DNA from: an uncultured Chloroflexia bacterium
GTDB taxonomy: Bacteria; Chloroflexota; Limnocylindria; Limnocylindrales; CSP1-4
DNA: 64,000 nucleotides
NCBI GenBank assembly: GCA_963725745.1
Contig: CAVRZS010000005.1
Location: forward strand, 1,583,276-1,647,275
Reading direction: 5' to 3'
Position numbers and translations under genes: made by a program. The notes below the pieces were generated by a model. It was not told the DNA's origin, ran no database searches, and worked only from the letters and a program-made list of their open reading frames with translations. This document shows positions 39,859 to 51,400 of the stretch, in pieces. Position 1 is the stretch's first letter. Every line of letters begins with the position of its first letter.

Positions 39859-40721
39859 CCGTGCGACTCATCCTGATCATCACGGGGCTCACCCTGCGCG
39901 AGATCGTGCGCCGGCGCGTGATCTGGGTGCTGCTGATCCTCGTCGTCGCCAGCGTCGCCCTGGTCGGCTGGGGGGTCGAGCGGTTGGTGACGCTGGCGCG
40001 CGAAGGAGACGTCAACGAGCTCGAGATCCGGATCGGCGTCTCGCAGGTGCTGATCCTGGTCGCGTTCATGTTCAGCTTCGTGCTCGCGATGTCGGCGGCG
40101 TTCCTCGGCGCACCGGCGATCGCGTCGGACGTCGAGACGGCTACCGTCCACGCGATGCTGGCCCGCCCGCTGCGCCGGAGCGATCTCGTGATCGGTCGCT
40201 GGCTGGGCCTCTCGATCGTCGTCGCGGGCTACGCGATCCTGTCGGGCCTGTTCGCGATGGCCGTCGTCGACCTCGTCAGCGGCCACCTGCCGCCCGAGCC
40301 GCTGGTCGCCGTCGGCTTCCTCGCGTTCCAGGCGGTCGCCGTCCTCACCCTCGCCCTCGCGCTCGGCACCCGGCTGCCCGCCATTGCCGCCGGCGCCGTC
40401 ACGGTGGTCCTGTTCGGCCTCGGCTGGTTCGTCGGGGTGCTCGGTAGCATCGCGGTCCTGTTCGACGCGGCGCCGCTCGCCGGCGCAGCCGACGCGATGC
40501 GGGTGCTCATGCCCACCGACGGCCTGTGGCGCGGCGTGATCTATGGTCTCGAGCCGCCCCTGGTGCTGCTGGTGGCCGCCGGCCGGAGCCCGGAGGCGAT
40601 GGCCGCCAACCCGTTCTTCGCCAGCGCCCCGCCCAGCATGACCTTCGTCGCCTGGAGCGTGGCCTGGGTCGTGCTCGTCCTGCTGGCCGGCATCGCGTTG
40701 TTCCGCCGCCGCGAGCTCTGA
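39855..40721 (+). CDS. ABC-2-type transporter permease
   Basis: ATGA overlap with the ATPase. Multiple TM helices. Confidence 0.8.
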
Positions 40722-40761
40722 GCCCGGCCGGGCCAGGGTTCCCGGGGCGACCCGGGACGGC

Positions 40762-42111
40762 TTACTTGATCGGACGCGTGTCGAACAGGGTGCTGCGCAG
40801 GGGGATGCTGTCCGCGGGCCGTCCGGCGTTGTAGACCGACACGAAGATGCTCGCGGACACCGTCTTGGAGCCCTTGCTGCCGGTGACCGTCACGCGGTAC
40901 AGGCGCCCGGAGACGCCGCGATGGGTCAGGTCGAGCTTGGTCAGGTCGCCGACGTTCGTCCGGGGATCCTTGGCCAGGATCGCGGACAGCTGGGCCCGGG
41001 TCAGCGTCGGCGTCCGCCAGCTCGCCCAGGGCGATGCGGCGTCGAACGGGGTGCCGTCCGCGGCGCGGTCGGCGATCCCGCGCAGGTACTTGACGGGCGT
41101 CGCGGTCACCGCGCCCGTCGACCCGACGAACGCATATTCGTTGTTCTCCGTCGCGCCGCCGCCGGTCGAGTGGTAGAACGCATTGATCGCGCGGTCGTGC
41201 TTGCCCTTGACGAGGATCGCGCCCGGGTCGTCGTCGATGATCGCGTTCGTGCGGTCGGTCTCCACCTCGGCTCCCAGATACACCTGGGTCCGCGAGTCGT
41301 CGAACAGGTCCCAGGCCCCCGTGTCCGGGTGGAGCCGCCGGACCGCGTAGCTGCGCGAGGCGATGGCCTGGGCCCGGAGCGCGGCGCCGGGCCAGCTCGA
41401 CGGCATCTCGGCGGGCACCACGCCGCGCAGGTAGTCGTCCAGGCCAACCCGGTTGACGACCCGCGCCCGGGCACCGTCCAGGACGACCTTGAGCGCGCCT
41501 CGGTAGGTGTCGTGGGTGGGACCCTTCGCGTCGAGCTCCAGGCGTGTCGCGGGATCCGCGGGACGGACGACGACCTTGGCCGGTGCGGGGCCGGCGATGA
41601 GGGTCGTGCCGGACGCGTCCTGGATCTCGAGCTCAGGCCCGGGCGCCGGCACGTCCGCCAGGGCAACGTCCGGTTGCCACACGCGCAGGACGCCGTCCGC
41701 GGGGAACGTGCCGTCCAGCCCGCCGACTGTCCAGGTGCCGTCGCGCCCGTGGATCACGAGGGGCTTGGCGGCGGTCGCAGGCGCTGCATCGAGGAGGAGG
41801 ACGCGGACGACCCGGTCGGGGTCCGTCGTGGCGCGCCGCGCGGTCCGGTAGTACGCCGCGAGGATCTGGGTCGCGCTCTCGCCCGCCTTCGCACGGCCAC
41901 GCGCGCCGTACTGGCTCATGCCGACGCCGTGCCCCGCGCCGCGGCCGTAGAACGTGACGCTGGTGCCGAGAGTGGTGACGCGCGTCGGCCAGGCGGCGAG
42001 GGCGGGACCGGCGGCCACCGCGAGCGCGAGCAGGGCAAGGATGCACGCCACCAGCGCGGACGCCGGGCGTGCGGGATACGTACGGACGCGGGCTCGTCGG
42101 TCGATCGACAT
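40762..42111 (-). CDS. SpoIID/LytB-domain protein (peptidoglycan lytic transglycosylase/amidase-enhancer family)
   Basis: N-terminal signal/TM region. SpoIID signature GHGVGMSQYGA. Start at the internal ATG (MSIDRR). Confidence 0.85.
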   Translation of the reverse strand: MSIDRRARVRTYPARPASALVACILALLALAVAAGPALAAWPTRVTTLGTSVTFYGRGAGHGVGMSQYGARGRAKAGESATQILAAYYRTARRATTDPDRVVRVLLLDAAPATAAKPLVIHGRDGTWTVGGLDGTFPADGVLRVWQPDVALADVPAPGPELEIQDASGTTLIAGPAPAKVVVRPADPATRLELDAKGPTHDTYRGALKVVLDGARARVVNRVGLDDYLRGVVPAEMPSSWPGAALRAQAIASRSYAVRRLHPDTGAWDLFDDSRTQVYLGAEVETDRTNAIIDDDPGAILVKGKHDRAINAFYHSTGGGATENNEYAFVGSTGAVTATPVKYLRGIADRAADGTPFDAASPWASWRTPTLTRAQLSAILAKDPRTNVGDLTKLDLTHRGVSGRLYRVTVTGSKGSKTVSASIFVSVYNAGRPADSIPLRSTLFDTRPIK

Positions 42112-42214
42112 GCTCCGGAGTCTGGTGGTGCCGTTGGGCACCGGCCATGGGTCGCAATGACCACCCGGGCGGGCTACCGGTACCAGCATGGCACGCGTCC
42201 GCTACTGTCGCTAC

Positions 42215-42772
42215 ATGATCCGCGTGTATCTGGGCCATGGCGCGTCGGGCACCGCGGCGTCGATGAAGCCGTGGGTCGATGGTCTGCGCGACCGCGGCGT
42301 CGACGCACACGCGCTCGAGCTGCCCAAGCGCAAGGCCGAGGACACGGTCGCGGCCTACGAGGCCCAGGTTCCCGACCAGCCGGGTGCCGTGGTTGGCGGG
42401 CACTCGTTTGGCGGGAGGGTCGCCTCGCTGGCCGTCGCCGGCGTCCGCGCGCCCGGCGCCGTCGAGCGGACGCACCCGTACGTCGGCCTCGTGTGCCTGT
42501 CCTACCCGCTGCACCGCCCCGGTGGCCCCGAGACCGCGGATGCGCGCATCGCACACTGGCCCGCCATCGACGTCCCGGCGTTGCTGCTGTCCGGGACGTC
42601 AGACCCGTTCGCCCGGATCGACCTCCTGGAGGCGGCGATGCCGACGCTGCGCCGGGGCTCGCTGGTGACCTACCCCAAGCTGGGCCACGGCCTGCTGTCC
42701 GTCCGCGACGACGTGCTCGATCGAGTTGCGTCGTTCCTCGCGGGCCTCGGCGCCGGGCGGCCCGGCGCCTGA
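42215..42772 (+). CDS. Alpha/beta-hydrolase-fold protein (dienelactone-hydrolase/KANL3-like)
   Basis: GHSFGG nucleophile elbow. About 185 aa. Confidence 0.65.
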   Translation: MIRVYLGHGASGTAASMKPWVDGLRDRGVDAHALELPKRKAEDTVAAYEAQVPDQPGAVVGGHSFGGRVASLAVAGVRAPGAVERTHPYVGLVCLSYPLHRPGGPETADARIAHWPAIDVPALLLSGTSDPFARIDLLEAAMPTLRRGSLVTYPKLGHGLLSVRDDVLDRVASFLAGLGAGRPGA

Positions 42773-43356
42773 CGCGTCAGCCGAACCTGGTCCGTTTCCT
42801 CTTGGCCATGCTCCGCCGGATCCGGGCGTCCGTAGATCGCGCCCAGGAGCGCGTCGATCTCGTCCCGGTAGCGGCCGCCCTCCCGGTGCGTGGCCAGCCA
42901 CTGGAGGTAGCCGGGGTCGACCCGGGCGATCTCGCCCAGCGACCAGCCGATGTGGCGCCCGAAGGTGAGGACGCTGCCCCGCGGATTCCCGGGCGGCGGT
43001 CCGGCGGCTCCCTCTCCGTTCGGCCCCCGGCGCCACGCGGTCCCGCCGCCCATCGCGCCGGAGTGCCCCGACCGATAGCCGTCGGTCGCGCCGCGGCCGG
43101 ACCCCGTCGAGGCCCAGGCTCTTGCGCTCGCGGCGAGGTCGGTGGCGTGGTTGCGATCCCACGCCGCCCGCCGGGCCGGGTCGCGCAGGATGGTCCAGGC
43201 GGCGTTGATCTCGGCCATCCGGCGCTCGGCATCGGAGGCCCGCGACACGTCGGGGTGATGGCGCCGGGCAAGTGTCCGGTAGGCGCTCGCGATCGTGCTC
43301 GGGCTCGCGTCCGGACGGACGCCAAGCACCGCGTAGGGGTCCGACTCGGCGGTCAC
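42670..43356 (-). CDS. DnaJ (J-domain) protein
   Basis: J domain DPYAVLGV...YRTLARRHHPD with HPD motif. GTG start. The 3' end is uncertain (about 100 nt convergent overlap with the neighbouring gene). Confidence 0.6.
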   Translation of the reverse strand: MTAESDPYAVLGVRPDASPSTIASAYRTLARRHHPDVSRASDAERRMAEINAAWTILRDPARRAAWDRNHATDLAASARAWASTGSGRGATDGYRSGHSGAMGGGTAWRRGPNGEGAAGPPPGNPRGSVLTFGRHIGWSLGEIARVDPGYLQWLATHREGGRYRDEIDALLGAIYGRPDPAEHGQEETDQVRLTRQAPGRPAPRPARNDATRSSTSSRTDSRPWPSLG

Positions 43357-43403
43357 GGGCGCGATGATAAGCGCCCGATGAGTGGCCCCGGCTACGATTC
43401 GTC

Positions 43404-44007
43404 GATGACGCTGGACGAGCAGCCGGACGACGGCCTGATCCGATGCGGGTGGGCCGACACCGCGGAGGCGGACTACCGCGCCTACCACGACCGCGAGTGG
43501 GGGGTGCCGATCCACGAAGAGCGGCACCTGTTCGAGCTGCTGGTCCTCGAGGGTGCCCAGGCCGGCCTGTCGTGGTGGACGATCCTGCGCAAGCGGGAGG
43601 GTTATCGGCGCGCCTTCGCCGGCTTTGACCCGGCGGCGGTCGCGGAGTTCGACGAGGCCGACGTGGACCGCCTCATGGCAGACGCCTCGATCGTGCGCAA
43701 CCGCGGCAAGATCGTGTCGGCGATCGGCAACGCCAAGGCGACGCTGGAGCTCCAGGCGGCTGGGTCGAGCCTCGCCGACCACCTGTGGTCGTTCGTCGGC
43801 GGCTCGCCCCTCGTCAACGCGTGGTCGGCGATGGGCAGCATCCCGGCGGAGACCGACGCATCACGGGCCATGAGCCGTGACCTCAAGGCGCGCGGGTTCC
43901 GGTTCGTCGGACCGACGATCTGCTACGCGTTGATGCAGTCGGCCGGGCTCGTCAACGACCATGTCGTGAGCTGCTTCCGCTACGCGGAGGTGCAGGCAGC
44001 CGGGTAG
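43404..44007 (+). CDS. tag: DNA-3-methyladenine glycosylase I
   Basis: CGWADTAEADYRAYHDREWG...HLFELLVLEGAQAGLSW matches Tag. Embedded in a spurious 1028-aa ORF. Confidence 0.9.
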
Positions 44008-44017
44008 CCCGTCCGGC

Positions 44018-45178
44018 TCAGCGTGACGCGCGCCAGGCGTCGCGCAGCTTCATCCGGCCGCCGGTCTGGAGGACCGCCCCCGAGTACACGCGTCCGCCGA
44101 CCACGAACAGGGCCCAGATGGCGATCAGCATCAGCACGATGGACGCCCCGATCTGCCACGGCGGGATCGCGTCGAGGGCCGCGCGCAGCGGCACGACCAT
44201 CGGTGCCGACGGCGGGAAGAACGTCATCACGTTGGCGACCACGCCATTGGGTTCCTGGGTCACGACCAGGATCGCGACCAGGTACGACAGCGTCGCCAGC
44301 ATCGTGACCGGGAGCGAGGCGTTCGAGGCCTCGTCGACCCGCGACGCGAGCGAGCCCAGGAACCCCATCGCCGTGCTGTAGAACGCGAAGCCGAGCACGA
44401 ACCAGGTCAACAGCATGATCACCGCCGTCGTGGTCGTGGCGGGCAGCGACAGGCGGCCGCTGACCTGCGCGGCGATGATCCCGGCGATCACGAGGACGAC
44501 GAGCTGGACGAGCGCCAGCAGCCCAATTCCCAGCACCTTGCCGATCAGCAGGTCGCGTGGGCGGACCGTCGTGAGGACCACCTCGACGACCCGGCTCTGC
44601 TTCTCCTCGACGACGCCCGTCAGCACCCACGTGCCGTACGTGAAGATCCCGATGAACATCAGGATGATGCCGGCGTTGGCGAAGATCACCGCGGTGGTGT
44701 GCTCCTCGGTCGGGGGCTCGAGCGCCGAGATCGAGGGCGCGTCCAGCAGCCCGGCATCCCCACCGGCGCGCAGCCCGACGACGGCCGCGGCCGTGATCGC
44801 CCGCAGCCGGTCGTCGGCCTCCTCGAGCACGATCAGCTGTCCCGCGTTGGACAGGTCCGACGGGACGTCGAGGGCCGCGTCGACCATCCCGGCGCGGACC
44901 GCCGCATCGGCCGCCGCGCGATCGGGGACCGTGCTGATGTCGAGGGTCAGGTCGTACTGGCTGGCGACGCTCTCGATCGACGCCTCAAGGCCGGCAGGCG
45001 GCGTCCCCACCAGGGCGAGATTCGGCGACTCGTCGTTGCCCAGCAGGATGGACGGCAGCACGAAGCCGGCCACGAGCAGGAACGCGGTGAACACGAGCGA
45101 CAGGACATAGCCGCGGCTGCGGCCGCGCTCGAGGATCTCGCGCATGGCGACCAGCCGGACCGCCCGGAGCCGGTTCAT
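44018..45178 (-). CDS. ABC-2-type transporter permease
   Basis: Start MNRLRAV. TM-rich. ATGA-type overlap with the upstream ATPase. Confidence 0.8.
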   Translation of the reverse strand: MNRLRAVRLVAMREILERGRSRGYVLSLVFTAFLLVAGFVLPSILLGNDESPNLALVGTPPAGLEASIESVASQYDLTLDISTVPDRAAADAAVRAGMVDAALDVPSDLSNAGQLIVLEEADDRLRAITAAAVVGLRAGGDAGLLDAPSISALEPPTEEHTTAVIFANAGIILMFIGIFTYGTWVLTGVVEEKQSRVVEVVLTTVRPRDLLIGKVLGIGLLALVQLVVLVIAGIIAAQVSGRLSLPATTTTAVIMLLTWFVLGFAFYSTAMGFLGSLASRVDEASNASLPVTMLATLSYLVAILVVTQEPNGVVANVMTFFPPSAPMVVPLRAALDAIPPWQIGASIVLMLIAIWALFVVGGRVYSGAVLQTGGRMKLRDAWRASR

Positions 45179-46095
45179 CGCCCCGCCTCCACGGCGGACG
45201 GCTGCGGTGCGGTCACGGCCTCCATGAACAGCTCCGAGAGCCGGGGAGGCTCGAACGAGAACCGGCGCACCTCGCCTGCAGCACCCGCCGCCGCCAGGAT
45301 CGCGCCGAGGTCGGCGCGCTGATCCACCAGCAGCTTCACCCAGTCGCCATCGCGCTCGACGACCGAGAACCCGTTGGTGCCGTCGAGCCAGGCGCCCCCG
45401 TTGCCGGCGACCTCGACCTCGAGATGGCGCCGGCCGCTCGCGGCCTTGAGGTCGTGGATCTCGCCGTCGGCGACCACGCGGCCACGGCTGACGATGACCA
45501 CGTCCTCGCACACCTCCTCGACGAGGTCGAGCTGGTGGGAGCTGAACACGACGCCGACGCCCGCCGCGGTGCGCTCGCGGAGGATCTCGGTCATCGTCGC
45601 GACGCCCAGCGGGTCGAGGCCCGAGAACGGCTCGTCGAGCACCAGCAGCTCCGGGTCGTGGACGAGCGCGATCGCGAGCTGGATCCGCTGCTGGTTGCCG
45701 TGGGACAGGTCCTCGAGCTTGGACTTGGCCCTGTCGGCCAGGCCGAGGCGGTCCAGCCAGGCCGCCGTCCTGGCCTTCGCGTCGCGGCCCGACAGCCCGT
45801 GATGCTGGGCGAAATAGGCGAGCTGCTCGCCGACCCGCATCCGCGGATACAGCCCGCGTTGCTCGGGCATGTAGCCGAACCGGAGCCGGGTCGTCGCGTC
45901 GACCGGCCGCCCGTCCCAGCTGACCTCACCCGACTCGGGGACCGCGAGACCGAAGATGCAGCGCATGGTGGTGGTCTTGCCCGCGCCGTTCGGGCCGAGA
46001 AACCCGAGCAGCCGGCCCCGCCGGGCCGTGAGCGAGGCGCCGTCGAGCGCCGTCACAGGCCCATAGTGCTTGGTCAGTCCGCGGATCTCGAGCAT
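45175..46095 (-). CDS. ABC transporter ATP-binding protein
   Basis: Walker A GPNGAGKTT, signature LSHGNQQR, Walker B LVLDEP. Start MLEIRGL with GGGGAG SD. Confidence 0.85.
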   Translation of the reverse strand: MLEIRGLTKHYGPVTALDGASLTARRGRLLGFLGPNGAGKTTTMRCIFGLAVPESGEVSWDGRPVDATTRLRFGYMPEQRGLYPRMRVGEQLAYFAQHHGLSGRDAKARTAAWLDRLGLADRAKSKLEDLSHGNQQRIQLAIALVHDPELLVLDEPFSGLDPLGVATMTEILRERTAAGVGVVFSSHQLDLVEEVCEDVVIVSRGRVVADGEIHDLKAASGRRHLEVEVAGNGGAWLDGTNGFSVVERDGDWVKLLVDQRADLGAILAAAGAAGEVRRFSFEPPRLSELFMEAVTAPQPSAVEAGR

Positions 46096-46217
46096 GGTCT
46101 CCCCGCCATGGCGCCGCCCGGCGACGGCGGGCGACCACGATAACCCGATCCGTCGGCGCGGCGCCCCGCCACGCCCAGGGTGCCGGCAGGCGAGCGGATG
46201 CCCGCCCCCGGACAGCG

Positions 46218-47120
46218 TCAGCGCAGGCGCGTGAGCCAGTACTCGGTCGTCGGCGTCGGTGGCGTCGAGAACCGGGCGTTCACCACCCACAGCCGGCCGG
46301 CGCGGTAGGCGAGGGTCGTCGGGGTGTCGAGGTCCGGCGAGGTCAGGGTCCGCAGCAGGCGGGCGGACCCGAGGTGGGTGCCGAGGCGGAAGACGTCAAC
46401 CTCGTTGATGTTCCGCCCGACGAACAGCCGCGACCCCACGACCTCGAGCCCATCACCCGACGTGACGTCTGCGCCGCCGAGGTCGATGTTCGTCGTCTCG
46501 CCGGTTCGCGGATTCACCCGGAACAGCTGGCCGGTGTTCGACTGGACCAGGATCAGCCAGCCTCGCGCCTTGACAATGCCGTTGGCGTTGAACCCCGCCT
46601 GATAGGCGATGTCTCCGGTCAGGGGCAGGGTGAACGCCGAGGACGGATCGGGGACGGCGCCATTCCTCGTCAGCGGGATCACGATCAGTTGCTGGACGTT
46701 GGAATCCGTCACGTACACGGCCCGGCGAGTGACCACAACGTCGTTGAGGAAGCCCGAGGTGAAGCTGTAGGTCTGCAGCAGGGCTCCCGAGCGCGCGTCG
46801 TATGCCCGGACCTCGCTGGTGGCGCCGCCTGCGACCCACAGGCGATGCGCCCGTCGCTCGAAGTCGAGACCCACCGAGACGCGTCCGGGTGCGCCGGCGG
46901 CGAGCGGGCTGACGGCGCCCGTGCGCAGGTTCACCCTGGCGATGGCGCCGTCGGCGAGCGAACCAACATAGGCGGTCGTGCCGTTGCCGACCGTGATGCC
47001 CTCGGGCGCCCAGCCGTCGGGCAGGTCGATGCGAGCGGGGAACTGATGGGCCGAGACCGGCGCAGCAAGCAGCAGCAGTGCGAGCAGCGCGGCGACGGCG
47101 GTGACGAGTCGGCGAGCCAT
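46218..47120 (-). CDS. Secreted beta-propeller protein (SMP-30/gluconolactonase/strictosidine-synthase-like)
   Basis: Sec signal peptide (LLALLLLAAPVSA-HQ). Repeated beta-strand blades. Confidence 0.65.
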   Translation of the reverse strand: MARRLVTAVAALLALLLLAAPVSAHQFPARIDLPDGWAPEGITVGNGTTAYVGSLADGAIARVNLRTGAVSPLAAGAPGRVSVGLDFERRAHRLWVAGGATSEVRAYDARSGALLQTYSFTSGFLNDVVVTRRAVYVTDSNVQQLIVIPLTRNGAVPDPSSAFTLPLTGDIAYQAGFNANGIVKARGWLILVQSNTGQLFRVNPRTGETTNIDLGGADVTSGDGLEVVGSRLFVGRNINEVDVFRLGTHLGSARLLRTLTSPDLDTPTTLAYRAGRLWVVNARFSTPPTPTTEYWLTRLR

Positions 47121-47334
47121 GGGGACCTCCGTTCAGGGCGCCCTCGGGCGCCGGTCGGGTTGGCCCCTCCAGCCTCGCTCGCAATAGGACCGCGACCCGT
47201 TGCACGTGGGCCTCCGAGGGTTGCAGGATCGCGAAAAGCGCGTTGCAGACGGCGCCCAGGCAAACGGATGCCCCGGTCCACCGAAGCGGACCGGGGCGGG
47301 AGCGCGAGGACGAGAAGGCTCGGAGCGATCGGGC

Positions 47335-47721
47335 CTAGCCGGCGACGATCGTTCCCGTCATGTCCGGGTGCACGTCGCACCGGAAGAAATAGGTGCCTGC
47401 GGCGAGGGCCGGAACCTGGTAGACCCGGGTCGCGCTGCTGAAGATCTCGCCCTGGAACAGGGCCTTGCTGGCCGACGAGTCGCTGTAGATGGCGACGTTG
47501 TGCGGCGCGCCGTCCTGGTTGTCGAACGAGAGTTCGAAGGCCTTGCCGGCCGGAACCTTGACCTCGGTCGTGACGAACTTGATGTCCCTGGCGACGATCG
47601 CGGGGGCGTTCGGGTCGAGCGAGGCGGCGGGGGCGGCCGGCTGGCCGGCGTTGGTGTTGCCGCACGCGGCCGCGGCGAGCGCGACGGCGGCGAGCGCGAT
47701 GGTGGCGATCAGGCGCTTCAT
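47335..47721 (-). CDS. Cupredoxin (blue-copper, plastocyanin/azurin-like) lipoprotein
   Basis: Lipobox LAAAAC. Copper ligands H...C...H...M (GAPHNVAIY; FFRCDVHPDM). Confidence 0.8.
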   Translation of the reverse strand: MKRLIATIALAAVALAAAACGNTNAGQPAAPAASLDPNAPAIVARDIKFVTTEVKVPAGKAFELSFDNQDGAPHNVAIYSDSSASKALFQGEIFSSATRVYQVPALAAGTYFFRCDVHPDMTGTIVAG

Positions 47722-47759
47722 CGGTCGGTTCCTCGTGGTTGCGTGCGGACGCTGGTCGG

Positions 47760-48185
47760 TCAGGCCGGGGAGGCGCTGCGGAGCTGGGCGACCTTCGAGA
47801 AACCCATCGCGAGCTCGCGGCGGATGACGTTGACGGGGTTGCCATCGGCGCGCAGGAAGTCGATCGCCAGCAGGAAGATCAGGCTGACCTCGATGGCCTT
47901 CGCGAGGTAGGCGGTGTCGTAGCGGGGGCCCATGATGACCCAGCCGATGATCGATGCGAGGGCGTAGCCGATCAGCCCGAGGCGGACGAACCAGCGGAAG
48001 CGGATCGCCAGGGCGAGCGGCACGATCATCGCGACGGCGGCGACCGCGTAGCCGGTGGCGTTGAGGGTGAACAGCAGCCCGCCGAGGGTGCTGTGGATGT
48101 AGGCGGTGCCCAGGGTGAGGGCGACGATGCCGAAGCGGAGCGCGACGCCGGCGACGGTGAGGTCGCTCTTGCTGGAGTCGGACAC
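47760..48185 (-). CDS. Small integral membrane protein (about 141 aa)
   Basis: GTG start with GGAGG SD. Four hydrophobic helices. Upstream of the cupredoxin gene on the same strand. Confidence 0.5.
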   Translation of the reverse strand: MSDSSKSDLTVAGVALRFGIVALTLGTAYIHSTLGGLLFTLNATGYAVAAVAMIVPLALAIRFRWFVRLGLIGYALASIIGWVIMGPRYDTAYLAKAIEVSLIFLLAIDFLRADGNPVNVIRRELAMGFSKVAQLRSASPA

Positions 48186-48464
48186 GGTGATGGACCTCCG
48201 GGTGGACGGACGGGGGTTGACGTTGACCTTCTGCCTGCCGTCGGGTGGATCGACGACGTCCGCACCGTACGGCGGCACGGCGCGCTCCACGCCGGACGGT
48301 GGTGGCCAGTCCCTGTCCACGAACGGCCTCGCCGCGAGGTCGTCGAATCGCGACCCCGGGGTCGACGTCCGTCGATGACCGTCCGGGACGGATGACGTAC
48401 GCACCGAGCAGCCGCGAGGCCGCAGGGCGACCCATGCCCTCGGGCCGTTTAGACTCGTCGGGTC

Positions 48465-51400
48465 GTGGCCACCAAGTCGCATCCCAAGTCCGCGAGCACG
48501 AACGAAGCCGGCAAGCCGGCGTCCAAGGCATCGAACGGCGCCCGGCGCGAGGCGACCCGCGGCGCTGCCCCGCCGCGTCCGTCGTTCGCGATCCGGATCG
48601 GCGGCGAGCAGGACCGGCTCCTCCAGAACGCCGCCGAGGAGGCGGCACGGCTCCTCGATGCCGATGGCGCGTTCCTGTACCTCCTCGACCCCGCCACCGA
48701 CGTCCTCCACTTCACGCACTCGGCGGGCCTCGCGGACCCGCCGCCCGGGCACTGGATCCGGGAGCTCCGGCTGCCGGTCGGCACCGGCATGTTCGGCAAG
48801 GCGGTCGCCGAGCGGCGCATGGTGGTGACCAAGGACTACGGCAACGACACGTCCTTTCCGCACGCGGCCGGACCGGACCGGTTCGTCGACGAGGTCGGAC
48901 TGCGTTCGCTGGTCGTCGCGCCGCTGGTGGCCGGGATGGAGGTCTTCGGCGCCCTGGGCACGTTCTCCCGCCGGCCCGATGCCTTCACGGCTCCCCAGAT
49001 CGCGCTCGTCCGCTCGCTTGCGGAGCACGCGGCGTTCGCCATGGCGAACGCGCGGCTAATCGAGGAGCTCGACCGCTCGCGCCAGGCCGGCGAGCGCCAG
49101 GCGTTGGTCGAGCGCTCGCTGCGCGAGCTCGGCACGCGGATCTCGGGCGCGCGCGATCCCGAGGCTGTCGTCCAGTTCACCATCGACGAGGCGCTGCGCC
49201 TCCTGGACGGGGACGGCGCCCGCATCGACATCGTCGATCCGGAGGTGAACCTGCTCAAGGGCCTCCTCGCGTCCGGGGACGAGAAGATCCTCGAGACCGA
49301 GTGGCCCAAGGACCCCAACGACAGCCTCGAGGTCGGGGCGTCGGGCCGCGCCGTCGTCACCGGCGAGACCTACATCAGCCGTGACTACCTCGAGGATCCG
49401 AACCTCGTCCACGGACACGGCCCCGACACCTACGTCAGGACCAAGGGCATCCACGGCGTGATCGCGACGCCGCTCCACGGCGACCAGGGTCCGTTCGGCG
49501 CCATCACGGTCTGGTCGACCGTGGTCGACGCCTTCGGGCCCGACGACGCCGCCCTGCTCGAGACGATCGCCGGTCAGGCGGCCGTCGCGCTCGGACGCGC
49601 GCGGTTGATCGAGGAGCTCGGGCGATCTCGCGAGGCGCTGGCTCGCCGCGCGGAGGAGGAGCGGACGCTGCGCGAGATCGGTGGCCGCCTGGCGACGATC
49701 GGCAGCGATCTCGGGGAGCTGCTGCTGCGGATCGTGCACGAGGCCGCCCGGCTGCTGGGCGCGGAGCGCGCGCGCCTCGACCTCGTGGAGCCCGTGTCGG
49801 GCACCGTGATCTGGACGTACCCCGAGAACAGCCCGTTCAACGACGCCCCGGTGCTCGATACGCCGCTCGACGAGGAGCCCGTGGGCCTGGCCGGCGTGGC
49901 CGTGCGCGAGGGCCGCCCGGTGGCGACCGGCGACTACATGGCCGACCGGCGCTTCAAGCACTACAAGGAAGGCGATGAGGGCGTGCAGGAGGTCGGCCTG
50001 CACTCGGTGATCACCGCCCCGGTCATCGGCGAGGACGGCCTCGTGGGCGTGTTCCAGGCCGGCCACCGGGATCGCGATGCCTTCGGTGAGGACGCGCTGC
50101 GGTTGCTCGACGCGCTCGCCGGCCAGGCGGCTGTCGCCCTGGCCAATGCGCGCCTCGTCGATCGTCTCGCCTCGTCCCAAGGTGCCCTCGAGCGTACCGC
50201 CGACGCGGAACGCGCCCTGCGCGAGATCGCGCGCCGCATGATGACCATCCAGGACCCGGCCGAGCTCCTGCAGGACGTTGTCGACGAGGCCGCCCGCCTG
50301 CTCGGCTCGTCGGGCGCGGTGATCGACCTCCTGGACCCGGCGACGGGGGAGGCGGTGTGGGCCCACGACGCCGGCATCGACGACGCGACGCGCAGCGAGT
50401 GGCAGACGCGCGGTGTGGGTGGCTCCGGCGTCCACCTCGCCATCCGCGAGCGGCGCGTGGTCATCACCGACGAGTACGGCACCGACGCCCGTTTCTCCGA
50501 CGGGGCGCTCCACCGCGACTTCTTCGAGCGCATCGGCATCCGCTCGATCGCCTTCGCGCCGATGGTCGGCGAGGCCGTGGTCCTGGGCACGCTCGCGGTC
50601 TTCTCGGGCGAGATCGGCCGCTTCGGCGAGCGGGAGGGCGAGCTGCTCGCGGCGCTCGCCGACCTGGCGAGCATCGCCATCCACAACGCGGAGCTGATCC
50701 GCGAGCTCGGACGATCGCGCGAGGAGACGACTCGGCGCGCCGAGACGGAGCGGACGCTGCGCGAGATCGCCGCCCGCGTCACCTCGATCCGCGACGCCGA
50801 CGCGATCCTCGGGCTGATCGTCGACGAGACGCGGCGCGTCCTGTCCTCGGACGGCGCTCACTTGACGCGGATGTCCGAGGACCGGACGTTCCTGCGTCCG
50901 GTGGTGCTGGCGGGCGGCACCAGCGACGAGACCCGCGAGTGGCTGCGCAGCCAGGAGTTCCCGATCGATGGCGGCATCAACGGCCTCGCCGCCGGCCAGG
51001 GCCGGGTGGTCTGGACGCCCAGCTACGCCACGGATCCGCGCATCCCGCGCGACGAGGATGACCTCGAGGTTGCCGCGCGGATGGGCATCGGCGCCATGGC
51101 GGCGGCCCCGCTCCGGGCACCGGGCGGCGAGGTCATCGGCACGCTCGCCGTCAGCTACCGGCAGCCGGGCTCCATTGCGCCCGACCGGCTGGCGACCCTC
51201 CAGGCGCTCGCCGACCATGCCGCGATCGCCCTCTCGAACTCCGACCTCCTCGAGCGGGTCGAGGCCTCGGAGGCCAACTACCGCGGCCTGGTCCAGACGA
51301 CCCCCGACGTGATCTGGCGCAACGACGCCGACGGCAGGTTCACGTTCCTCGCGGACACCGCGGAGGGCCTGTTCGGCTGGACGGCCGCGGAGATGACGGG

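Noticed and set aside
40921-44007. 1028-aa plus-strand ORF
   Set aside because: Only the last 600 nt (tag) is coding. Upstream it is antisense to SpoIID and the J-domain gene, with Arg/Gly/Pro-rich junk translation.
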